Position numbers and translations under genes: made by a program
Part shown: piece by piece, positions 34,461-42,604 of the stretch
How positions within the stretch are numbered: position 1 is the first letter of the stretch
Layout: every line of letters starts with the position of its first letter
The notes under the pieces: model-generated
The model's database searches: none
Seen by the model: only the letters and a program-made list of their open reading frames with translations
Told to the model about the DNA's origin: nothing
Assembly (NCBI GenBank): GCA_018692915.1
Contig: JABHLG010000006.1
Coordinates: forward strand, 5,627 to 69,626
Length of the DNA: 64,000 nucleotides
Direction of reading: 5' to 3'
Source: Candidatus Woesearchaeota archaeon
GTDB taxonomy: Archaea > Nanobdellota > Nanobdellia > UBA10117 > JABICX01

Positions 34461-35222
34461 TTATAATTTATGATATGTTACAACTGGTTGATCTTCACCA
34501 ACTGGCTCAGCGTCAATCACTGCAAAATTATTATCAAATAGAGCACCAGGATTTATAGTATGCTGTCTATGTTTGAATAGTCTAAACGAATTTGAATCTA
34601 CAAAAGGAACGTAGCTAACAATACCTTTTGCAGGGTCCTTATATGTATATGCTGGCTCATGGTCGTGGCCTCTAATCATAACTTGATAGCCCTGTCTGTT
34701 TCTCTTGCTTGCCATAACTGCGAAGTTTGCAGCATGATCTGCTGAATTTGAAAGACGGTTCCAAAGCATTTGAACAGCAGGCGAATTTCCAGAACTACTA
34801 TGCTGGTCTCCAGCATAAGCTCCATGTATAACAATTATTTTCTGTTCTGGAGTTAAGTCTGTAGAAACTCTCTTGCCAAGTATACCGCTATTACCAAAAT
34901 ATCCCCGTTCGAATCCAGTTCTTATAAAATTAGTAGCTTCAGGATCATTTGCCCATTCTTTCCACATCTGAGGCGAATTAATACTTTGCTTGCGCATAGT
35001 GCCAGAGTATATAGTTTCACCATTAATATGCGAATAATCATGATTTCCAACAACCGCAATAGTGTCTTCAGTATCTAAAATATCCATTAATTCATGAGCT
35101 AAATGTGCTCGGTCTAAATCACCTAGAACAACTAGTTTATCAAAATTAGTTTCATCTTTAATTTCGTCTACTTTTCTTGCTAATGGAGCGCCATGTACGT
35201 CTCCTACGATTGCTATTTTCAT
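34461..35222 (-). CDS. Calcineurin-like metallophosphoesterase
   Basis: IAIVGDVHG, VLGDL, VVGNHD and IRGHDHE motifs. Confidence 0.8.
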   Translation of the reverse strand: MKIAIVGDVHGAPLARKVDEIKDETNFDKLVVLGDLDRAHLAHELMDILDTEDTIAVVGNHDYSHINGETIYSGTMRKQSINSPQMWKEWANDPEATNFIRTGFERGYFGNSGILGKRVSTDLTPEQKIIVIHGAYAGDQHSSSGNSPAVQMLWNRLSNSADHAANFAVMASKRNRQGYQVMIRGHDHEPAYTYKDPAKGIVSYVPFVDSNSFRLFKHRQHTINPGALFDNNFAVIDAEPVGEDQPVVTYHKL

Positions 35223-35281
35223 AGTATTACTTATAAGTGGAATAGTTTATTTAAAAAGCTTATCATTTTGTATTTTTGTGT

Positions 35282-35349
35282 AAAAAGTCAAGAGTCTGTG
35301 TAATAAGTCTAGCTAAAATACTACTTTATACACAAAGCCCAATATATAG
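35282..35349. repeat. Right copy of the imperfect inverted repeat bracketing the accessory island
   Basis: tttatacacaaagcc (35325..35339) is the reverse complement of 26732..26746, with extended patchy similarity. Confidence 0.4.
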
Positions 35350-35412
35350 AAACATTTATAAATTAAATAATTTACTTTATAGTAGTAATGAGAATTAACC
35401 TTAATAGACACA

Positions 35413-36378
35413 ATGATGGAAACTAATTATTATTGGCGATTGGGACTAGAGAATGGAGCATCTATAGAAGATGTTAAGTCTGCGTTTAGAAAAAGAGCTA
35501 TGAAATTGCACCCTGATGCACATCAAGATGAAGATATTAAGGAAAGAGCCGAATGGGGTTTTAATTATATGAATGAAGCATATGAAATATTGGGAGATCC
35601 TGATAAGAAAAGAGAATATGATAAAAAATTAGAAAATTTAATCCCTGAAACAGACCATTCCAACAGTCATTTTGAAAATAATAATACTGAAGTGAATATG
35701 CAGAATGAAATTAATAAAGAATATGCTCGAAGTATGAAAGATTTTAATGAACGTAGGGATGCTTTTTGGAAAAATAGACCTTCATATAGATTTAGTGGAA
35801 GAAGATCTGAAAATGCTGCACAGAGCAGAGAACAACAACATGGTAAACGTTTTTCAGAAAATTTTGAGCTAGAAGATGGAGCAACAGTTGAAATTAATGG
35901 TAGCAATTTTTTGAGATTTGATATTTTTACAAATAGTACTACTGCAGAATTCAAAGGATACAAAAAATCACCAATTTTATATAAAAAAGAACATGTAATT
36001 TTATCACAATTTAGTGGAATAGTTACTTTACCACGGAATGTGGATTTGGAATTAAGTATTAAAATGAATGATAATCCTTCCGCTCTTGTTGATGGTACAA
36101 TTGTCCATGCTGGAGATTTATCTATCTTGAATGGTAATATTGATATTAATCTTGATGGAGACATTGGCGTTTTACTTAAATCCACTAAACCTATTGTAGA
36201 TAGCTATGACATCAAAGGTATGAAACATAGAAAAGGACAATCTAGTCTATTTGGACAAAAATATACTACATCTAGGAAAGATCCTGCAAGAATGCTTAAT
36301 ATTAGACCTGATGTAAGTGGTGTAAAAATTAGTCATAATAATCCTACAGGTTTTATGGATAGATTCTATAAAAAATAG
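35413..36378 (+). CDS. J-domain (DnaJ-like) protein with an orphan C-terminal beta-rich domain
   Basis: YYWRLGLENGASIEDVKSAFRKRAMKLHPDAHQ contains the HPD tripeptide. The C-terminal half has repetitive beta-strand-like segments (DUF4097/adhesin-like impression only). Confidence 0.7.
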   Translation: MMETNYYWRLGLENGASIEDVKSAFRKRAMKLHPDAHQDEDIKERAEWGFNYMNEAYEILGDPDKKREYDKKLENLIPETDHSNSHFENNNTEVNMQNEINKEYARSMKDFNERRDAFWKNRPSYRFSGRRSENAAQSREQQHGKRFSENFELEDGATVEINGSNFLRFDIFTNSTTAEFKGYKKSPILYKKEHVILSQFSGIVTLPRNVDLELSIKMNDNPSALVDGTIVHAGDLSILNGNIDINLDGDIGVLLKSTKPIVDSYDIKGMKHRKGQSSLFGQKYTTSRKDPARMLNIRPDVSGVKISHNNPTGFMDRFYKK

Positions 36379-36448
36379 TTCCAAGGGAACTCACCTATTG
36401 TTTAAAGTAAACAATAAATTGTTTTTAATTAATTCAGATCTTGTCTGA

Positions 36449-36811
36449 ATGAAAGAGAGTATTGGTGTTGTTGTGAGATTGTATTTAGATGTTGAAAATA
36501 AAAAAGATAATCATCCAACAAAAAAAATGCAAATAATCAGACCTTATTTAAATTCTAAATTTTCTGAAACTGCAAAAGATTGTGTAACTGATTTAGAATA
36601 TTTTTTAGCACGTAGAGGAAGATATACTTCTTGTGGAGATCAAAATATTAGAATTAATGGAGAAGAACATAGAGCAATTGTTACAACTTATTCTTTAAAA
36701 TACTTTGATTCTAAAGATATTGATAAAATTATAAGTTATACTTATAAGAAAAATATAGATTTATATTTATCTTTTCCAGATGTTGTTAAAGAACATATCG
36801 AAAATAGCTAA
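36449..36811 (+). CDS. Hypothetical protein
   Basis: 120-aa ORF, no motif recognised. Confidence 0.3.
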   Translation: MKESIGVVVRLYLDVENKKDNHPTKKMQIIRPYLNSKFSETAKDCVTDLEYFLARRGRYTSCGDQNIRINGEEHRAIVTTYSLKYFDSKDIDKIISYTYKKNIDLYLSFPDVVKEHIENS

Positions 36812-36841
36812 CTATTTATTTCTAGACAGATTTTAATTAAT

Positions 36842-37252
36842 GTGAAACAAAAAGGTAGTGCAGCTGAGAGAGAATTAGTAGCAATGTTCTGGGGAACAGG
36901 TAACTGGAGCTCATTAAGAATTGCAGGAAGTGGAAGAATGAATTTTCCAAGTCCTGATGTTTTGGCAGGTAATGGTTCACAGATTTTTGCAATTGAAGTA
37001 AAAAGCACAAAACACAAGAGCCAATATATTGATGCAGATCAGATTCAGCAATTGAGAGACTTTGCAGAAAAGTTTGGAGCAACACCTTTGGTTGCAGTTA
37101 AGTTCTCAACAAAATGGCACTTTTGTAGCCCAGATGACATGAAGAAAACCACTTCTGGAAAGCACGTTCTACATAAAGAAAAGCATAAAGATATTGTAAA
37201 GCAGTTTGAAGAAGTTATTTCACGACGACCAGACCAAATAGCTGAGGAGTGA
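36842..37252 (+). CDS. hjc: Holliday junction resolvase Hjc (C-terminus remodelled by an insertion)
   Basis: GSAAERELV...GSG....PDVLA...IFAIEVKS (E...PD...ExK of Hjc), with a GTG start. The last 12 codons read into inserted sequence. Confidence 0.8.
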   Translation: MKQKGSAAERELVAMFWGTGNWSSLRIAGSGRMNFPSPDVLAGNGSQIFAIEVKSTKHKSQYIDADQIQQLRDFAEKFGATPLVAVKFSTKWHFCSPDDMKKTTSGKHVLHKEKHKDIVKQFEEVISRRPDQIAEE

Positions 37253-37288
37253 AGCGATGTGAACTGTCGCAGTCAGTTCACTGGAGAG
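37217..37288. repeat. 72-bp GC-richer insertion with an 8-bp-stem hairpin between duplicated hjc 3' segments
   Basis: Hairpin gtgaactg (37259..37266) / cagttcac (37274..37281). Supplies the current hjc stop TGA (37250..37252). Confidence 0.6.
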
Positions 37289-37354
37289 CAAGTGTTACAT
37301 AAAGAAAAACATGCTCATATAGTTAAACAATTTGAAGAAGTTCTAAATTTGTAA
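37289..37354 (+). pseudogene. Displaced copy of the hjc 3' end (22 codons including the native-looking stop)
   Basis: Encodes QVLHKEKHAHIVKQFEEVLNL*, against HVLHKEKHKDIVKQFEEV in the gene (37163..37216). 12 of 54 nt differ, 8 at third positions. Same reading frame as hjc. Confidence 0.8.
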
Positions 37355-37624
37355 TTATAAACTTTTACCACTAGTTGGAAAGCGTTTAGCAATTTCTTCA
37401 ACAGGTAATTTCTTAACTAAACTATTCCCATTAGTAAGACTATCGGGATTTAATGGATCAGATAATCCCTCGCCATTATCTAAACCATTTCTATCAGTTA
37501 ATAAATATGGAGTTTGGCTAATTCCCTCTGGAGGAAATTGTTTTGAATACGTTGCTTTTACTTTTGGTCTGCGTGCTTCATCTCCTTGTGGGATATCTTC
37601 ATATCTTCTTTGAAATACTTCCAT
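37355..37624 (-). CDS. Hypothetical protein
   Basis: 89-aa ORF, no motif recognised. Confidence 0.3.
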   Translation of the reverse strand: MEVFQRRYEDIPQGDEARRPKVKATYSKQFPPEGISQTPYLLTDRNGLDNGEGLSDPLNPDSLTNGNSLVKKLPVEEIAKRFPTSGKSL

Positions 37625-37653
37625 AAAAATATTAGAAGCTAAAAATATAAAAA

Positions 37654-37899
37654 CTATTCGCTAACTAACTGATTAATTGTTTCGTCTTTGCCTAGCACAA
37701 CAATCAGAATGAATAAAACTAAGCATACAAACAGAGGGACTGCGAGGATATATGTTACATAAATTAAAGAAGTTCCTGTAGATCGTTGATAAACATAATA
37801 AGTCATGTAGCTGAAAATTGCAATTACGCTAAGGCACATAACAACAAGTAAACTATATAATTTTCCACCTTGTTCACCTAAAAATCTCGCATCAACCAT
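37654..37899 (-). CDS. Hypothetical small membrane protein
   Basis: 81 aa with two hydrophobic helices. Overlaps the upstream transporter gene by 8 nt. Confidence 0.35.
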   Translation of the reverse strand: MVDARFLGEQGGKLYSLLVVMCLSVIAIFSYMTYYVYQRSTGTSLIYVTYILAVPLFVCLVLFILIVVLGKDETINQLVSE

Positions 37900-38839
37900 T
37901 GTTTATCTTTAACTCCTTAAATAATGCAATTGCAATTGATAAAATTATCGGCCCAATTACTATTCCAATGAAACCCATTACTTTCATACCACCGAAAATT
38001 CCTAAAAACATTACAAGAGGATGCATTCTAACTTTCTTTCCATAAAAGAAAGGTCTAATTAAATAATCCATTATACTTCCAAGAGATAATCCATAAATTA
38101 TAATTCCTAATGCTGTTGTAAGTCCATACGATGCATAAGCAAAAATTCCAACAGGGATATAAATAACATACGGCCCAATTATTGGTAAAATAGATGCTAT
38201 ACCTGCTGCAAAACCTGCAAGAATTGGATAAGGTATACCAAATATCCAAAACCCTATTGCTGCTAGAATACCTTGAACAATTCCAATAACTATCTGAACA
38301 TGTACGAATGTATCGAGATGTAATTTAATATTCTTCACAATTCTATTACGTGATTTAATTTCAAATGGAAGAATTTTCGAGATTTTTTCATATATTATAT
38401 CTCCTTCTTTTAAGAAATAAAATAGTGATATAAAGAAGACAACACTTGCAGCTATTATATTAATTATTGTAAGTATGTGTTCGGAAAGTGTGCTAATAAA
38501 TTTTGTAGTTATAGAACGAGCAAATTCTTGTGTTGTGGGACTTATGTAAGGTATATTTAATTTTGATAAAAATAAGTAAAAATTAGCAGATTCTTCTAGT
38601 AAAAGATTAATTCCATAATATATTGACCCAATTACAATAATTACTGTCGTAAGAGTTAGTATTAGAGAAGAAGGTGTTTCTCCAATGTATTTCATGATTC
38701 TTTTGTGCAAAGGCCAAAGTAAGTAAGCAACAATTGCACCTAAGATTACAGTTATTAGAAATGGTTCGATAATATATAATGCGAGAGCTAATATTGCTAA
38801 AATTAAGAACAGCCTAACTTGCCCTATTTTCAAATCCAT
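37892..38839 (-). CDS. AI-2E family transporter (PerM/UPF0118)
   Basis: 315 aa with about 8 TM helices and a conserved C-terminal region (PILAGFAAGIASILPIIGPYV...LVMFLGIFGG). Confidence 0.75.
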   Translation of the reverse strand: MDLKIGQVRLFLILAILALALYIIEPFLITVILGAIVAYLLWPLHKRIMKYIGETPSSLILTLTTVIIVIGSIYYGINLLLEESANFYLFLSKLNIPYISPTTQEFARSITTKFISTLSEHILTIINIIAASVVFFISLFYFLKEGDIIYEKISKILPFEIKSRNRIVKNIKLHLDTFVHVQIVIGIVQGILAAIGFWIFGIPYPILAGFAAGIASILPIIGPYVIYIPVGIFAYASYGLTTALGIIIYGLSLGSIMDYLIRPFFYGKKVRMHPLVMFLGIFGGMKVMGFIGIVIGPIILSIAIALFKELKINNG

Positions 38840-38890
38840 TTTAAATCTGTTTGCTATAACTTATATATTTTGTTATCTACTTTGCAAGAA

Positions 38891-39292
38891 TTATAATTTA
38901 CTTTCTAAAATTGAGCGATATTTTAGTGCTGTGCTATACAGTGCAGCTGCGTGTTCAGTATCATCAATATTATGATCTATAAATATTACTGTTGAATCTA
39001 AACCATCATTTAGTTCATCAGTTAGATCATCTGAAAGTATTGCAAGACTACATGTATCTCCTGGATAAACTTCAATATATGTTAAGCCAAAATTAGGATC
39101 CCAGGAAAGTTTAATATATTCAATATTTGATCGTTCTGCTTCACATAATGATTTAGCATATTTTTCAATAAATAATTTATCTAAATCAGTTAATTTTTTG
39201 GTAGCTTTTGTCCAACCTTTTGGTAATTCTACATTAACATTCCATTCTTCATTATGTTCAGTATATTCAAATGCATCTTGTGAATATTCCAT
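38891..39292 (-). CDS. Hypothetical acidic protein
   Basis: 133-aa ORF, no motif recognised. Confidence 0.3.
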   Translation of the reverse strand: MEYSQDAFEYTEHNEEWNVNVELPKGWTKATKKLTDLDKLFIEKYAKSLCEAERSNIEYIKLSWDPNFGLTYIEVYPGDTCSLAILSDDLTDELNDGLDSTVIFIDHNIDDTEHAAALYSTALKYRSILESKL

Positions 39293-39321
39293 AAAGAAGG
39301 TTATACTAAAGTCTTAAAAAA

Positions 39322-39963
39322 CTATTTAATCAAAATATCTGGTAGGATTGCAACCGAAGAAGCAAGGATATCTGGAGAGGCTTTCATTAGCTGTTCCATG
39401 TTGTGGACACCTGTAAGAACTCCTATGGTTTTGCAGTTAGCTTTCTTTCCAGCTTTTATATCATATATTGTGTCTCCGACCATATATTTTGCATTTGCTT
39501 TTGTTAGTTTCTCAGCAAGCAGAATTTCTTTTGGAGATGGCTTTGCAGCAGCATCGTCTTCACCAACAATTACATCAAATAGCTTGTGTGGTATCTGTGC
39601 ATACTCAAGAATTTCCATAATTGCTTCATGATGATTGTTTGATACAATTCCAATCTTGAAGTGTGGTTTTAGTTTTACAAGCGCTTCAACAACATAAGGT
39701 AATTGTTTGATTAAGTTCTTTGATTTCTCATGTGCTTCTAAGAGGTCTTGCACAACTTTCTCTAACTTGCGCTTAGAGATTTTTGGATACAATTTTGTAA
39801 TTATTTCTTCAGCACCAAGACCAAAAAGACTAAGCAATTTCTTTTTTGTTGGTAGCTTGAGATTGTTTTCTTTAAACGCAGTCATGTATGATTTTTCATG
39901 CGCTTCAATAGAACTAACTAATGTTCCATCTAAATCAAAACAAATCAAATCTTTCTTAACCAT
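39322..39963 (-). CDS. HAD-superfamily hydrolase (phosphoglycolate phosphatase-like)
   Basis: Motif I is ICFDLDGTLV, motif II is VSNN, motif III/IV is K...GDTIYD. Confidence 0.8.
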   Translation of the reverse strand: MVKKDLICFDLDGTLVSSIEAHEKSYMTAFKENNLKLPTKKKLLSLFGLGAEEIITKLYPKISKRKLEKVVQDLLEAHEKSKNLIKQLPYVVEALVKLKPHFKIGIVSNNHHEAIMEILEYAQIPHKLFDVIVGEDDAAAKPSPKEILLAEKLTKANAKYMVGDTIYDIKAGKKANCKTIGVLTGVHNMEQLMKASPDILASSVAILPDILIK

Positions 39964-39992
39964 TTCAAATTTACTGGTTGAACTTTAAAAAG

Positions 39993-40322
39993 TTAAAGAA
40001 ATGATTTAACAACCTTAGAATTGAGTATTTCTCCCATAGGTTTAGAATTAGTTTTATCACATAAAGTTCTTATTACTTGTTTATCTTTTTCAGGTAATTT
40101 TCCCCCAGGCATAACTTCATCTGTGCGATATATCCAACTAAATTCATTATCAGAGTTTATAGTAAATATAATTTCTTTTTTATGAATATTATTAATTCTA
40201 AATTCTATGCTATCTTGACCGCACTCTCCATCTTTTGTAAACTTATTTTCTGTTAGATATGTATCTATATCATTGCACATTTCCGCAGATAAATGTGTAT
40301 TTGAATGATATGCCGTTATCAT
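39993..40322 (-). CDS. Hypothetical protein
   Basis: 109-aa ORF, no motif recognised. Confidence 0.3.
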   Translation of the reverse strand: MITAYHSNTHLSAEMCNDIDTYLTENKFTKDGECGQDSIEFRINNIHKKEIIFTINSDNEFSWIYRTDEVMPGGKLPEKDKQVIRTLCDKTNSKPMGEILNSKVVKSFL

Positions 40323-40353
40323 ACGCTTGTTTTAATTATTGTTTTAAAAAGAT

Positions 40354-41385
40354 TTAGATTTTGAATTTTAGAATAGCTGCTATGCCTGAGAGTCCAAGTA
40401 GTTTTTTTCCTGCATCAGATTTTTTGTCAAGAATATGAATAGAACCCTTTGCTTGTTCAACTTGCTTAATTAGTTTCTCTAGTTCTTCTCTTTTAGATGG
40501 AAATAGTTTTTCAGAAATTAGTAAGTCTTTAACTGCACTGCTTTGTGCTGCTTGCTCAACTTGCTCAAATCCATATGTTGCAAGACTTTCTTTAGCAATT
40601 TCTTCAAGCAGTTTGTTCATAATTTTTTCATGTCTTGATATTTCTGCATTTTTAATTATGTTATCAACTGCACCTGTTGATAGTAACTCAAGCAAGCCTT
40701 TTTCTGAACCTGTGCTAACATTTCCCATTAAAACTTTTTTAGCAATTGCTGGATTAATATCTTTTATTGCTTTGAAAACAAGTTCTTTCCAAAATAAAGG
40801 ACTAGCAACAATTATTTGCATATCTCCTGCTTTTTCTAATATCTCCTGTGCAACTTTTTTAATTTCATCTTTCTTTTTTTCTTCAATGCGTTTTTTTGTA
40901 AGTCTTAAATTTATTTTTCCAAGATACTTAATACCTGAACTACTTAAGTGTCCGAAACTAGCTTGTTCATCATCAAGAACGCACAAGAACGCCTTGGGTA
41001 TTTGAGAAGAAGTCTCTGCATTTTTTAATTGTTCGATTTGATAATTGAGCCACTCTTTTTTCTTTAGTTTAAATTCAGAGCCTTCAGTTAGTTCTATTGT
41101 GTGCGCAGAATTAATAGGTATATCTTCAGTTGGTTTTGTAACTTGCCCATTAACTCTAAGAACACTTTCTTCAAAAATAATTTTGATAACTTTAATTTCT
41201 AGAGTTATTGTTTTTCTAATTGATTTTTGTCGCCCATCTTCCCCACCCAGTTTTATTTTTCTTTCAGTTTTGCCAATTATAATATCTCCTTGTTGAATTA
41301 TTTTTGACAGTGGAACAAGATCTTCTTTGTTCTGGACTAGCAGTTTTGATTCTCCATATTTTAAATCTAATTTTAAGATTTTCAT
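40354..41385 (-). CDS. pelA: Pelota (Dom34) ribosome-rescue / mRNA surveillance factor
   Basis: MKILKLDLKYGESKLLVQNKEDLVPLSKIIQQGDII N-terminus and an eRF1-like central and C-terminal architecture. ATG at 41385 is preferred. Confidence 0.85.
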   Translation of the reverse strand: MKILKLDLKYGESKLLVQNKEDLVPLSKIIQQGDIIIGKTERKIKLGGEDGRQKSIRKTITLEIKVIKIIFEESVLRVNGQVTKPTEDIPINSAHTIELTEGSEFKLKKKEWLNYQIEQLKNAETSSQIPKAFLCVLDDEQASFGHLSSSGIKYLGKINLRLTKKRIEEKKKDEIKKVAQEILEKAGDMQIIVASPLFWKELVFKAIKDINPAIAKKVLMGNVSTGSEKGLLELLSTGAVDNIIKNAEISRHEKIMNKLLEEIAKESLATYGFEQVEQAAQSSAVKDLLISEKLFPSKREELEKLIKQVEQAKGSIHILDKKSDAGKKLLGLSGIAAILKFKI

Positions 41386-41430
41386 TGTATTGTATCGTAA
41401 ACTAAATAAATGATTGTTATATAAAATATT

Positions 41431-42603
41431 ATGGCTAAATATGATTTGATTCATTCGAGCGCAGTTTTTGTTATTCTTATTGCTATGTTTGCAGGTATTA
41501 TGGTTTTTATTTATACTGTTGAACCTTCAGTTCGGGAAGAAATTTTACCACCATATGTTGTTGAATATGAAAATACTGTTTTTGATGTTGCACCTGGTGA
41601 ATTAAATTCAGGAACTACTATTGAAGGTGTAAAAAGGATACCTCTTAATGATATTGTTGTTGATAATACACTTAGAAAGGCTGAGATTGATGTTGCACGT
41701 GACGCTGTTTTTTCTTCAAGTATATTTACAAATGATGTTTATGAATTTGGATTTAGTGTAGATTTAGAAAATGTTGATTCTGCAGGTCTGACTTTTATTG
41801 TTTATGACATAGCGGGCGATGCAAATATTAAAATTTACTTGAATGGTAAAACTGTTCTTTCTAGAGATGCAGTTATTGGTGGACAAATTACGGTTGATTT
41901 CCCAAAAACTTATCTTGAAGATGGCGCAAATTATATTGAGATAACAACTGATTCTCCAATAATCCAATTTTGGCAAAAGAATTCAGTTACTGTTCTTGAT
42001 TTAGAATTATTTACTTATGAATATAATGATAAAGATTCGCAAGTTAATCAGATATTTTCATTATCTTCATCTGAAGTTGCAAATGCTCGCGAAGTTACAT
42101 TAAAGGCATACATAATATCTGAAGGTGAGCAATCTAATTTAGATATTAAGTTAAATGGGAAGCGATTGATAAAAGCAATTCCTTCGCAAGATTTAGAGTT
42201 TTCAATTCCAGTAACTGCTTTGAAAGAAGGCGCTAATATAATTGATTGGAATGTTGATAAAGATGGTAAATATAATGTTCGCTTTTCAAATATTTTAATT
42301 GATACAATAAAATCTTCAGGTAGATCTACAACATACTTTTTCTCAATTAATAGTGGAGATTATAGGAAGATTCAGAGAGTTGGTGATTATGAATGTATTC
42401 TTAATTTAAGAAAAGATACAGGAGATGATTCTATTGCTGTTGAAATAAATTCTCGGATTGAGAAATATGATTTTACAAATTCTGAAGTTGAGATTGATAT
42501 TTGCGAAGATTTATTAGAAGGCAGAAATGAAATAAAATTTTCTGCTGAAGATGAGCTTGATCTAAGACAAGCTTCACTTATAATTCAAAATGTAGAAAAT
42601 TAA
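41431..42603 (+). CDS. Membrane-anchored surface protein with three jelly-roll-like repeats
   Basis: N-terminal TM helix AVFVILIAMFAGIMVFIYTV. Three repeats follow the pattern (I/L)xLNGKxh...LxEGxNxIxh (41.8, 42.1 and 42.4 kb), reminiscent of carbohydrate-binding jelly rolls. Confidence 0.4.
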   Translation: MAKYDLIHSSAVFVILIAMFAGIMVFIYTVEPSVREEILPPYVVEYENTVFDVAPGELNSGTTIEGVKRIPLNDIVVDNTLRKAEIDVARDAVFSSSIFTNDVYEFGFSVDLENVDSAGLTFIVYDIAGDANIKIYLNGKTVLSRDAVIGGQITVDFPKTYLEDGANYIEITTDSPIIQFWQKNSVTVLDLELFTYEYNDKDSQVNQIFSLSSSEVANAREVTLKAYIISEGEQSNLDIKLNGKRLIKAIPSQDLEFSIPVTALKEGANIIDWNVDKDGKYNVRFSNILIDTIKSSGRSTTYFFSINSGDYRKIQRVGDYECILNLRKDTGDDSIAVEINSRIEKYDFTNSEVEIDICEDLLEGRNEIKFSAEDELDLRQASLIIQNVEN

Positions 42604-42604
42604 G

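Larger units (their letters stand above)
33223..34461. mobile_element. Possible IS5-family insertion sequence (boundaries tentative)
   Basis: Contains a DDE transposase ORF. The candidate imperfect terminal inverted repeats are attctctgaagaaatttca (33223..33241) and tggaaatctctggttagaat (34442..34461). The match is weak. Confidence 0.35.

Noticed and set aside
34907-34916. The tRNA T-loop-like decamer gttcgaatcc, and a general search for tRNA or rRNA genes.
   Set aside because: The decamer lies inside the metallophosphoesterase CDS (it encodes GFERG on the other strand) with no acceptor or anticodon stems around it. No cloverleaf-compatible sequence or rRNA-like segment was seen in any intergenic region.
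37163-37288. The in-frame 126-nt hjc addition as a spliced (bulge-helix-bulge type) intron or programmed excision restoring the native tail.
   Set aside because: I could not find a bulge-helix-bulge motif at the boundaries. Exon duplication is not a feature of archaeal introns. There is no evidence beyond frame conservation.
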